Shown here: positions 48,231-59,997 of the stretch, piece after piece | How positions within the stretch are numbered: the first letter of the stretch is position 1 | Layout of the letters: every line of letters begins with the position of its first letter | Assembly (NCBI GenBank): GCA_030390025.1 | Contig: CM059452.1 | Location: forward strand, 6,448,001-6,512,000 | Source of the DNA: Squalus acanthias | Taxonomy: Eukaryota | Length of the DNA: 64,000 nucleotides | Direction of reading: 5' to 3' | The notes under the pieces: generated by a model | Database searches by the model: none | Told to the model about the DNA's origin: nothing | What the model saw: only the letters and a program-made list of their open reading frames with translations | Position numbers and translations under genes: made by a program

Positions 48231-51200
48231 ATCTGTCCAATTAACGTTTTCTAACCATAAAAATGTATATTTTGCCGAGTCATATTTCACCCTGAAGGTT
48301 AGATTTATTTGCCGCCTGTTTCCACAGGGACCAGTAGAGTTTATTCTCTCCTATTCTTTGGTTCAATTCCTCTTTCACCGATTGGGTTGATGAGCGGTCA
48401 CCACCTCCTGGATTTCCCGGATTCGATGTCCAATCTGCTCAGAGATTCTCTTCGCTCAACAGGACACCGCAGTCTATCCGGACCAATAACCGGGCTGGAA
48501 TGAGGTTGGGTGTAGATTCACTCAGTTAAGGACTCGGCCATGGAGGGCTGCGACTCCCACAATTCACAGCGGCAGAGAAAACCCCCCATCTGTGACAGGA
48601 GCCGCTCTGCACTCTGGGAGAGCTATTCACACATGCGCACCTCACAAACCGCTTCAACGACAACGTTTTTATTCTCACGGGCGCCAAACTTGCAGATTTA
48701 TTGATTAAGATCGAGCGCTTATTTTTGTGGAAACGGAAGTCACCTTTCCTTAAATAAACGGTAGACATGCGCAGCGTGTTACGTCACACACACATAGCCA
48801 ATTGTACGTCACACAAACTCACGTTTGCGCTGCCGTGGATGACGCTACAATCCATCCCGCGCGTCACAACGCCGTGATTGGCTGTTTCTCCCATTGATTC
48901 AGGATCGGAGAGTCACGGTCGTCTCCAGCCTCCGATCGGCATTGAAGAAGCTCAATTTGTGCAGCCTGTGACCCCTGACTCAGGGCTGTGGCCAAGGCGG
49001 GGCGGGGGGTGGGGTGTTCTCAGACCGGGCCACTTAAATGCGCTCTGCACCGCCCGAGTTGTTTCTGAATTTTATTACTTAGGTGGAGTCAGTAGGATTT
49101 TGAATAAGGATTGGAAGAAAATTAAATTAATGTATTCAGCAATGTTTTTAAACAGCAAGTGTTTATATTGACTAATAACTAAAGATAATTTCCTTCAAGC
49201 AATATTGTAAAATAGGATCAGTAATTTTAAAAGAGAACATATTATTTAATTAATTTTATTTGCTAATACAGACAATCTCGATCTCGTTTATTTCTGGATC
49301 CTAATTTAGTAAAGAAGTAGGAATATAGGAGTCGGCCATGCAACACTTGAAGCTTGTTCGGCCATTCAATTAGATCATGGCTGATCTGTATCTTAACTCC
49401 ATCTACCAGCCTTGGTTCCGTATTCCTTATTATCCTTTCCTAATAGGAAAACTTTCAATCAATCCCAACAACAACTTGTATTTATTCAGCGCCTTTAACG
49501 TAGAAAAACGTCCCAAGGTGCTTCATAGGAGCGTTATCAAACAAAATTTGTCACCGGGCTACACAAGGAGATATTAGGACAGATGTATAGGGAGGGAATT
49601 CGAGAGCGTGGGCCTAGGCAACTGAAGGCACGGCCGCCAATGGTGGGGCGATTAAAATAGTGAATGCACAAGAGGCCAGAATTGGAGGAGCAGAGAGATC
49701 TCGGCGGCCTGTCGGGACAACAATCTGAAGTTAATGCAACTGCATCTTAAACCTTTCCCTTTGTTATTAATTCTCGGGATGTGGACTTCACTGGCAAGGC
49801 CAGCATTTATTGCCCATCCCTTGGTTGCCCCTTGAGAGCTTGGTCTTCTTCCCGAACCACTGCAGTTCTGCTGCTTTCAAGGGTTTGATAAAACAGAGGG
49901 ATTGCAAGGCCACATCAAAAGTCAGTTAAACCACGTTGAGTATGGGACTGGAATCACATATAGGCCTGACGGGCTAAGGACGGCAAGTTTCCTTCCCTGA
50001 AGAGACATTAGTGAACCAGTTGATATTTTTAACCACAATCCCATAGTTTCATGGTCACTTTTACTGATACCAGCTTCTTATTTATTTAAAAAAAATCTGA
50101 ATTCAAATTCCAAAACTACACTGGTGTCATTTGAACTCGTGCAATCAAATTATTAGCCCAGGCCTCTGGATTACAAATCGAGTCACATAACGACAACACA
50201 TCTGCAACACTTATAAGGCGTAATGTTCTCTGCCTCAAACACTCCATGTGGCAAAGTACCCCATGCTCCAGCAACTCCCCCCACCCCAGCCCCGCGTCCA
50301 TACAGATATTTTTGCCAACTTATGTCACCCTCAATTATAATTTGATGACCTTTCGTTACTGACTCCTCAAGCAGAGGAATCAGTCTTTCCATCTCCCCTC
50401 CAGTGAAGCCACTTTACAATAAATAAATCGATTAGATCTCTTAGCCTTGTTTGCTTCAATGGAAATCTCAAGTCTCCCATCATAACTGTAGTTACCATTC
50501 CTAGGGTCGCCCCGGTCAACCTAAGCTGTTGAAGTTTCTATAATTGTAATGCTGTTCCTATAATGAGACGTGTTGCACTGCAGACATCACTCTTACAGTG
50601 GACCAACCAGCCCAGCGGTTAGAGAACTAGACCAGTGACTCGGAGTACGTAAGCTCTAATCACGTCATGGCGTGAAACTGAAGTCGAATACAGCTGATAA
50701 TATGTTAGCTGACATCAGGAAATGAGGATGAAAGCTGTCGGATTGTTGTTAAAAACCACAATTGGTTGAATAATGTCCTTCATTGTAGGGAATCTGCTCC
50801 AGACTTAACGTTGTTAAAAACCACAATTTGTTGATTAATGTCCTTCATTGTAAGGAATCAGCTCCACACTTATCGTGCTTGACTCCTAATACCATCAGGG
50901 CGCCTAGGAATTGGCAAATAAAACCCCCTAGAGATTTAGTTGTCCGAGTACAGAAATCACTAAAAGATAGTGGACAGGACAGGTACGCAATTTTGTTTTT
51001 ATTCCTACCTGGGATGTGGGCGTCGCTGGCAACGCCAGCATTTATTGACCATCCCTAGTTGTTCTTGAGAAGGTGGTGGTGAGTCGCCTTCTTGAACCGC
51101 TGCAGTCCATGTGGTGAAGGTACTCCACAGTGCTGTTAGGGAGAGAGTTCCAGGATTTTAACCCAGCGACGATGAAGGATCGGCGATATATTTCCAAGTC

Positions 51201-51569
51201 AGGATGGTGTGTGACTTGGAGGGAACTTGGAGGTAATTAATTAAAAGACTATTGGAATGTTGGTCTTTATCTCTAGGGGGCTGGAATAAAAAAGGGGTAG
51301 AAGTTATCTTACATTAATATACATCTCTGGTTAGACTCCGTTTAGAGGACTGCTTTTAGCACTAGGCACCGCTCCTCAGGAAGATACATTGACCTCGGAG
51401 GGGGTGCAGCGCTGATTCGCCAGGGTTAAATTATGAGGTCAGGGCGCATAGGCTGGGTTTGTATTCCCTTGAATATTGAAGATTACGGGGTGATAAAATT
51501 GAGGTGTTGAAAATGATTAACGGGATTGATAAGGTGGATACAGGGATAAACAGGCGATAAGGTGTGGTG

Positions 51570-52845
51570 CTGTTATCACTGAGGCATGGTCTCCTGTAAC
51601 GTAAACAGAGGCAGGATTTAAGTTAATATAAATAGAGACATTATCTAGTGCAGTATTAACTGAGAAAGGGCCTAGTGTAATATAAACAGTGACAAGGTAT
51701 AGTGCATTGATAGCTGATACGGGGCCTGGTCTTATATAAACAGAGAAAGTATCTAGTGCAGTAATAGCTGAGACAGGGCCGTGTGTAATATAAACAGAGA
51801 CATGGTCTAGTGCAGTAATAACTGAGACAGGGCCTAGTGAAATATAAATAGAGACAGGGTCTAGTGCAGTAATAATTGAGACAGGGCCTAGTGTAATATA
51901 AATAGAGACAGGGTCTAGTGCAGTCAGAAGTGAGACAGGGCCCAGTGTAATATAAACAGAGACAGTGTGTGGTGTTGTAATAACAAAGACATGGTCTAGC
52001 GTCAATTAAACTGCGACAGGGCCTAGTGTTATCTTTGTGGAATGCACTTGTTAAAATTAAGAATGAAGTGCACTGCACACACACGCAGACACACACACAA
52101 ACACACACACACATATATATAGCGCTTTGTTTGTGCTCGTTTCAGTGTTCCTGTTAACCAGATGATAGTTCTGCACTTGGTATCACTAGGAACCTGTGGC
52201 AGCCCATCAGGCGGTGCTGTGCGATCACGGTTCCAGGCTCTGTCTAGCACAATCAGTGGGTCATGCGAAAGCTAAAAAGAAAATACTATGTAATATAAAG
52301 AGAGACAGGGCCCAGTGTACTATAAAAAGAGGCATGGTATGGTGCAGTATTAAAAAAGACAGGTTCTAGTGTAATATAAGCAGAGACATGGTCTAGTGCA
52401 GTATTACTGAGACATGGTCTGGTGTAATATAAACAGAGGCATGGTCTAGTGCATTAATACCGGAGTCAGGGCCCAGTGTAATATAGACAGAGACATGGTC
52501 TAGAGTAGTAATAACTGAGACAGGGCCTTGTGTAATATAAATAGAGACATATCTAGCGTAGTAATAACTGAGACAGGGCCTTGAGTAATATAAACATAGA
52601 CAGGGCCTAGTGCAGTAATAACTGAGACAGGGCCGAGTGTAATATTAACACAGACATAGTTCAGCACTGTGTAACTGAGGCATGGTCTAGAGTAATATAA
52701 ACAGGGGCATGGTCTAGTGCAGTAATAAATAATATAGAGCCTAATGTAATATAAACAGAGGCATTTTCTATTGCAGTAATAAATGAGATGGGGCCTAGTG
52801 TAATATAAACAGAGACACGGTCTAGTGCAATAATAATTGAGACAT
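51570..52845. repeat. 54-bp (2x27) minisatellite in two blocks (51570-52030, 52285-52845)
   Basis: Unit GTCTAGTGCAGTAATAACTGAGACAGGGCCTAGTGTAATATAAACAGAGACATG. Confidence 0.88.
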
Positions 52846-53289
52846 TGCTCAGATCTTTAACCATTGAGTACAGACAGGCATTGAGCTGATTCATCGAGGG
52901 AAGCCTCACTCACCTGCACAAATACATTGCTCAGATCTTTAACATTTGAGACCAGACAGGCCTTGAGCTTCTCTACCGTATCGGTCCTCACTCACCTGCA
53001 CAGATACATTGCTCAGATCTTTAAGCATCCAGAGCAGACAGGGATAGGGCTGATACACCGTGGGGGCCTCACTCAGCTGCACAGGTACATTGCTGAGATC
53101 TTCCTTTCATTTAATCACTTCCATTGTTCTATTTCTTAATTTTAATCTGCTGTTTGTTTTTCTGTTCCTTGTCTGTTTTATGTCTCTATTTATCCCTACC
53201 TGTTCTGCTTTTCCTAATGCTCGGTTCTTCATATCTCCCCCATTCCTTGCAAAACACGCAGATACCCCCTTTCCCATGTACTCTGGTGA

Positions 53290-53480
53290 CACCGTGCAGT
53301 CTGTGTGACGTCATTCTGTGTAACGTGAGTATGCAGTCTGTGTGACGTCAGTCTGCTGTCTGTATGACGTCAGTCTGCATTCTATGTGTGTGACGTCTGT
53401 GTTTGTCGCCAGTCAGTGTGACGTCAATGTGCAGTCTGTGTGACGTCAGTCTGCACTCTGTGTGACGTCAGTCTGCATTC
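53290..53480. repeat. Short tandem array carrying six perfect TGACGTCA (CRE) palindromes
   Basis: TGACGTCA at 53306, 53343, 53365, 53419, 53441 and 53463. Confidence 0.85.
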
Positions 53481-54019
53481 TGTGTGTCCCGGAATTTCAA
53501 TTACCGTCAGCCTCTTTCGCTCTGTGTTTGAGTGACGTGGCGTGCGGCCACATTTGAGTGACGTACAGTCGGACTTGTTTGGGTGCCGCACAGACGGCCT
53601 TGTTTGAGTGAGCTATAGTCGGCCATGTTTGAGTGATGTGATGTCGGTGATATCGGCGATAGTTGGGTGACGTTTGAATGTCAGCAAACTCCTTCTCCGA
53701 GCTGTTCTGAATATCGATCCATGACTTGAAGGGAAAACAGCTGATCAGAAACAGAAAAGACGGTTCATTCTGTGATCGATCTTTCGGGCCGATTGGATTC
53801 TGCAGTTTGTTTTCTCGGCCGCTCCTGGAAGCAGTTGGGTGACAGTTTGATCCGAGGTTAATTTGGTTTCCTCTCGGTGTGTGTTTGAGCGCCTGACAGC
53901 GCGCTGCACATTGTGGCTGCATCTGCCCGCGATTCCACACAACCCCAACAGACAGGAGCTCCGCCCTACAGTCCAATGGCAGTTTTTGTACTGGGCTGAG
54001 ACTGATTTCCATCACTGTG

Positions 54020-54483
54020 AGTCTCAGGGCGCAGTAATACACGGCAGCGTCAGTCAGCTGCAGCCCGGAGATGGTTAAACTGGTGAATTTAGTCGAGGTC
54101 TGGAGCTCAGCAGAGAAACGGGTTTTAGCAAAATCTGCTTTATCTTCAGCACCGCTCGAGCGTTTCCTCAGTATAAACTCGGGCTGTGTGTCTGGGTGTT
54201 GCCGGTACCAGTATAAATAATAGCTGCTCAGTGTAGTATCATAGGTACAGCTTAAAGTCACCGCTTCTCCTTCTGTCTTAACTCCTGAGGACAGCGGCTG
54301 AGTGACAGAATCTCCAAGACTCAGATCTGAAAAACATGTTCAAACAGGAAAAGATCAGACCGGCGGGTGTTTAAAATTCAGATTCAAACCATGTTAGAAA
54401 TGAGAGAAAAGATGAAATGTGTTTGGTCCACAATTACCTGTCAGAAATGCCCCCCACACAGCCCAGATGCTGAGTAGCCGCAT
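54020..54483 (-). CDS. TCR alpha/delta-type V, intact (leader 54483-54438; exon 54326-54020; 23-RSS 54019-53981)
   Basis: MRLLSIWAVWGAFLT/DLSLGDSVTQ...LSCTYD...LYWYRQHPDTQPEFIL...DAAVYYCALRL; CACAGTG-23-ACAAAAACT. Confidence 0.9.
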
Positions 54484-55900
54484 TGTCGCTGTCCGCTCTG
54501 TAAAAGGGGGGTTGGATATTTGAAGACACCCGTTCTAATCCCCGCCCTCAATAATCTGCTGTCGTGTCTCAGGATGCTCTCACCTCACTTCCTTGTGTCC
54601 CCAGTGGTGCTGTGAGACCGGTAGGTGGTGAGCTGGCTGCCAGTGAATGGAAACACCCCGAGCTGGGCTACAGTCAGTGTCCTTATAGGGGAATGGTTCC
54701 GCTTTTCGAGACCGGGGTGGGAATGAAACACTTGTATGCTAATTGTAATTTGAAAGCAGTGGGTTATAAATGGGTTTGGTTCATTCCGGCGTCAATGCGA
54801 TCTCCAGAATTCGGTTCGCCTTACCATCAGGACACTGGTAACCGTGACTCCAGTGCGCTTTCCCTCACGGGTCAATGAACTCGATATTTCAGCTGAATGA
54901 TTTGTAGATCCATGATATTAGAGCGATGATATTTGCTGTTACTGAACAAACAATTGAACAGACTTAAAGAATAAACTCCTGCTGTAATTTAAACAGGGTT
55001 TCGAAAACCGCCCTTTCTGTGGTTTGCATTTAAAATTGGTTTAATTTCTATCTGTTGAGTTCTCCGCTTCTTTGTGCCAGTTCTTTAAATCTTTCATTCT
55101 TTAAAGATTCATTATCTTCAGATGTTGGATTTGCAATGAGAGAGAATGAAGGGAGCGGCGCATCTGCGCTTTTCAACAATTTCCCGCTCATCTGCTTAAA
55201 GTGCCCAGGAGCAGAGCGCGAGGAGTGGGTTCAAAGGGTGAGGTGTCGGGCGGGACCTCGTTAACAAGAGCTCAACACCAGCAGGGCGTGAAAAACTCCT
55301 TACAACTTTCACTCATAATAGAAAAGGATGAGGCTCAGAGAAATAAACACAATGCAGGCAGTTTCGGTTTGTGTTTCGCCCCTTTAACATCGATCTCCAG
55401 CATCGGTACAGTTAATGGCTTCAGAAATCAGATCTCAGGCTGTGTCTTTCATTCACATTTTAATATTTCTTGCCCCATCTTCCACACCCTTCCACTCACT
55501 GGTCCTGCCCACTGGTTAGTATCAGAAGTCAATGCTTCGCAATGAGCGATGTCTTTTTCTGACGATTATTGCCCGAAGTGCCGACCCAGCCAATTGTGGC
55601 AAATTAATTTCAAATATTAATCATCTTTTGATTCAGAAATTGACACAACTGTTAGAAAAACAGCATTTAACTCGCTGCCCGGGGTCTGCGTCGAAAATGG
55701 AATATTGTGACCTGACGCCCTCTTGTGGATATTCTGAGAACGGTTCAGATGTCGGTGGACAGGGTGAGAAATCCTGTGTTTTTTCTCTGCCCTGTCTGCA
55801 GTTCCTGTTTATGGGAAGCTGGGTTGGAGCGGTTCTGAATTAATATGCGGAGCAGCAGCAAAGGCCTTTCATCGTTAAACTAAAGACTGGACGAAGGAGG

Positions 55901-57310
55901 TTAGAGTCATAGAGTCATAGAGTTATACAGCACAGAAAGAGGCCCTTCGGCCCATCGTGTCCGCGCCGGCCATCAAGCCCTGTCTATTCTAATCCCATTT
56001 TCCAGCACTTGGTCCGTAGCCTTGTGTGCTATGGCGTTTCAAGTGTTAATCTAAATGCTTCTTGAATGTTCTGAGGGTTCCTGCCTCTACCACCCTTTCA
56101 GGCAGTGAGTTCCAGATTCCAACCACCTTCTGGGTGAAAAAGATTTTCCTCAAATCCCCTCTAAACCCCCTGCCCCTTAACTTGAAACTATGCCCCCTGG
56201 TTATTGACCCCTCTACTAAGGGGAAAAGTTCCTTCCTATCTACCCTATCTATGCCCCTCATAATTTTGTACACCTCAATCAGGTCCCCCCTCAGCCTTCT
56301 CTGCTCTACGGAAAACAACCCCAGCCTGTCCAGTCTCTCTTCATAGCTGAAGCGCTCCAGCCCAGGTAATATCCTGCTGAATCTCCTCTGCACCCTCTCC
56401 AATGCAATCACATCCTTCCTATAGTGTGGCGACCAGAACTGCACACAGTATTCCAGCTGTGGCCTAACTAGCGTTTTGTACAGCTCCATCATAACCTCCC
56501 TGCTCTTATATTTTATGCCTCGGCTAATAAAGGTAAGTATCCCATTTGCCTTTTTAACCACCTTATCTACCTGTCCTGCTGCCTTCAGGGATCTATGTAC
56601 ATGCACACCAAGGTCCCTCTGATCCTCTGTCCTTCCTAGGGTCCTACCATTCATTGTGTATTCCCTTGCCTTGTTAGTCCTCCCAAAATGCATCACCTCA
56701 CACTTTTCAGGGTTAAATTCCATTTGCCACTGTTCTGCCCATCTGACCAACCCATCTATATCGTCCTGTAACCTGAGGCTTCCCTCCTCGCTATTTACCA
56801 CTCCACCAATTCACAGGTTCATAGGATTATGGGTAAAGAGTGGAGACAGGGGATGAGAAGGGACAGGCAGGCACGGAAAGAGCATCGAAAGACAAAAGGT
56901 GAGTAAGGCACCACAGATACATTTGCGACATGTATTTTTATTATTAATACACAGGAACATAAGAACATAGGAACAGGAATAGGCCATACAGCACCTCGAG
57001 CCTGTTCCGCCATTCAATGAGATCATCGTTGATCTCTGACCTAACTTCATATACTCACCTTTGCCCCATATAACTGAATACCTTTGATTAACAAAAATCT
57101 CTCAATCTCAGATTTAAAATTAACAATTGACCCAGCATCAATTACCGTTTGCCGAAGTGAGTGCCAAACTTCCACCACCCTTTGTGTGTAGAAATGTTTC
57201 CTAACTTCACTTCTGAATATCTGTCTCTAATTTTTAGACACTGCAACCTAGTCCTACAATCCCCAAATAGCGGAAATAGTTTCTCTCTATCTACCCTATC
57301 TGTTCCCCAA
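55901..57310 (-). mobile_element. Two CR1 3' fragments (55901-56812; 56955-57310)
   Basis: WQMEFNPEKCEVMHFG...LEYCVQFWSPHYRKD...; tails (ATGACTCT)n and (TTCTTATG). Confidence 0.88.
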
Positions 57311-57467
57311 TATGAGCTGTAATCAACAACCAATATAATTCCGCAAATGGATCTCACCTGTTGTTGTTAAGTGTGGTGGTTTTTGCCATTTTAAGGAGGA
57401 CCCTGTGACTCTCACTGTGGAGGCTGAATTATCGCTTCCGTTTATCGTTGTGAGAGCGCCCTCTGGT

Positions 57468-58667
57468 GATAAAGGGGAACCAGTGGATGTAGTATATTTG
57501 GATTTCCAAAATGCATTCGATAAGGTACAACATAAAAGGTTATTACACAAGATTAGGGCTCATGGGATTGGGGTTAATATGGGTAGAGGATTGGTTAACG
57601 GACAGAAAACAGAGAGTAGGGATAAACGGATTTTTTTCAGTTTGGCAGACTGTAACTAGTGGGGTGCCGCAATGATCAGTGTTGGGGCCTCAGCTATTTA
57701 CAATCTATATTAATGACCTAGATGAAGGGACCGAGTGTAATCTTTCCAAATTTGCTGACGATACAAAGCTAGGTGGGACTGTAAGCTGTGAGGAGAACAC
57801 AAAGAGTCTGCAAAGGGATATAGATAGACTAAGCGAGTGGGCAGTAAGGTGGCAGATGGAGTATAATGTAGGGAAATGTGAGGTTATTCACTTTGGTAGG
57901 AAGAATAGAAAAACAGAATATTTTTAAATGGTGAGAAACTTTCAAATGTCGGTGTTCAGAGAGATTTGGGTGTCCTAGTGCAAGAAGCTAGCATGAAGGT
58001 ACAGCAAGAAATAAGGAAGGCAAATGGCTTGTTGGCTTTATTGCAAGGGGGTTGGAGTATAAGAGTAAGGAAGTCTTGCGACAATTGTACAGGGCATTGG
58101 TGAGACCACACCTGGAGTACTGTGCACAGTTTTGGTCTGCTTTCTAAGGATGGATGTACTTGCCTTGGAGGTGGTGCAACGAGGTTCACTAGATTCATTC
58201 CTGGAATGAGAGGGCTGTCCTATGATGAGAGATTGTATAGAATGGGCCTATATTCCCTGGAGTTTAGAAGAATGAGAGGTGATCTCATTGAAACATACAA
58301 TATTCTGAAGGGGATTGACAGGGTAGATGCTGAGAGGTTGTTTCCCCTGGCTGGAGTATCTAGAACTAGGGGGCATAGTCTCAGGATACGGGGTAGGCCA
58401 TTTAAGACCGAGATGAAAGGGAATTTCTTCACTCAGAGGGTTGTGAATCTTTGGAATTCTCTGCCCCAGAGGGCTGTGAATGCTGAATCTTTGAGTAAAT
58501 TCAAGGCTGAGATAGATAGATTTTTGGACTCTAGGGGAATCAAGGGATATGGAGATCGGGCGGGAAAGTAGAGCTGAGGTCGATGATCAGCCATGATCTT
58601 ATTGAATAGCGGAGCAGGCTCGAGGGGCCGTATGGCCTCCTCCTGCTCCTATTTCTTATGTTCTTAT
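57468..58667 (+). mobile_element. CR1 LINE fragment inserted between a V RSS and its CTCF-like motif
   Basis: VDVVYLDFQNAFDKV, FTIYINDLD, KFADDTKLGG. The flanks rejoin to the uninterrupted sequence CTCTGGTGAGCACTAAC seen at 41591-41607. Confidence 0.9.
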
Positions 58668-58733
58668 GAGCACTAACTGGAAGTCTCAGTGTAGGTTTTT
58701 GACCGGGATCCGCTATATCTGTGCAGCAGAGTG

Positions 58734-59997
58734 GGGCTCATGGCACAGAAATACACGGCGGTGTCGGAGATCAGGGTGTTGCTGATCGTTTGCTCGGTAA
58801 TCTTGATAGTTGTATTAAACGTAGAAGAGAATCGGTCACTGAAGTCGGGGTTCCGGTTTACTCTCAATACAATAACATAAAACACGTACTGTGGAGGCTG
58901 CCTGGGGTGCTGACTGCACCAGTACATATAAGGGTTAGGGCAGCTTGTTTTCAAGGTACAGGTTAGAGTGACATTACTTTCCTTTTCAACTGTCATTTCA
59001 GGAACCGGCTGTATTACTGTGTCTTGGTGGCTCCATTCTAAAATAAAATAATAGTAATAGTCATCATCTTATCACCATCATCTCAATAAACATAGGCCCA
59101 GAAATTCGTCCGAATACGGGAGAGTACGCACTGTGTACTCAGCCATATTCGGTCCCGAAGTGCCGGTTTCCTGCATGCACTGCGCATGCGCGGGAAACCG
59201 GCACTTCCGATATTGCGAACGGGGCGGTTCCTAAGTGAACCGCGTGCGCACTACAGGTTGCGCGCACGCAGCACACTTAGTTTTTTTTTCAGGTTTGAAC
59301 GCGCAGGTAAGTGTTGAAGATTTTACACATGAAGAAAGCAGGCGTAAGACCCCCTTTTAACAAGGTAAGTAGTTAATTAAGTATTATTTTAATTTTTTTT
59401 CAACAGGTTTATCTTTTTTAGAGACTTTAAAGAAAGGTAAGTATATATTTATAACTTTTAAAAAGAAATTAAATTTTTTCAAAAATTTTAATTTTTGTTT
59501 AAAGTGGTTAATTTATTTAACTATAGTTATTTTATTAATGTAATGGCTTTTTTAATTTAATTGAGGTTTAGCTGTTCTTTTGGGGGCCTGTTGTATTCAT
59601 AGTTTTGACAGCTCTTCCTGTCAAAACTATGAATGAAAGATGGTGTGCTGCCATTAACTCTAACTGGCCCACGTGATCCCAGAGGTCGCATCGAACTAAC
59701 TGCGCCTCAGGGACACGCACACACTGCGTGCCGGCACCAGGTACAGGCCCAGGACCAGAAGTTCGTGTGGGCCAAAACCATAAAGGCAGGCGCGGAGTGC
59801 GATATCGCGGGGGATCCTTACCCCCGCGGCAACCATCGAAGTCCAATTTCTGGGCCACTATCTTCATCATCATCATCATTTCATCAATAATAACATCTGG
59901 GTTACAGCAGTCAGAGGGAGAATGGATTTTTACTGTGGAGGAAATACTTACTGAGAAGTGATATAATGATGAGAAGCGGTGCGAGACGGTTCCACAT
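58734..59997 (-). CDS. TCR V paralog of the 41.6-kb V, open frame with lesions (leader 59997-59952; exon 59037-58734; RSS 58733-58694)
   Basis: MWNRLAPLLIIISLL/...LTCTLKTSCPNPYMYWCSQ...DTAVYFCAMSP; WY>WC; heptamer CACTCTG-24-TCAAAAACC. Confidence 0.78.
59095..59856. mobile_element. Non-autonomous DNA transposon/MITE-like insertion in the V intron
   Basis: 12-bp terminal inverted repeats GGCCCAGAAATT...AATTTCTGGGCC; absent from the paralogous intron at 41968-42093. Confidence 0.75.

Noticed and set aside
53497-54261. 254-aa ORF extending far beyond the V domain
   Set aside because: Read-through of the germline V across its RSS into non-coding flank. The same holds for the extended ORFs at 26776, 28451 and 46907.
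56046-56801. Reverse-transcriptase-like ORFs as host genes or active elements
   Set aside because: All are 5'-truncated CR1/L2 ORF2 fragments with stops or frameshifts nearby; no full-length element is present.
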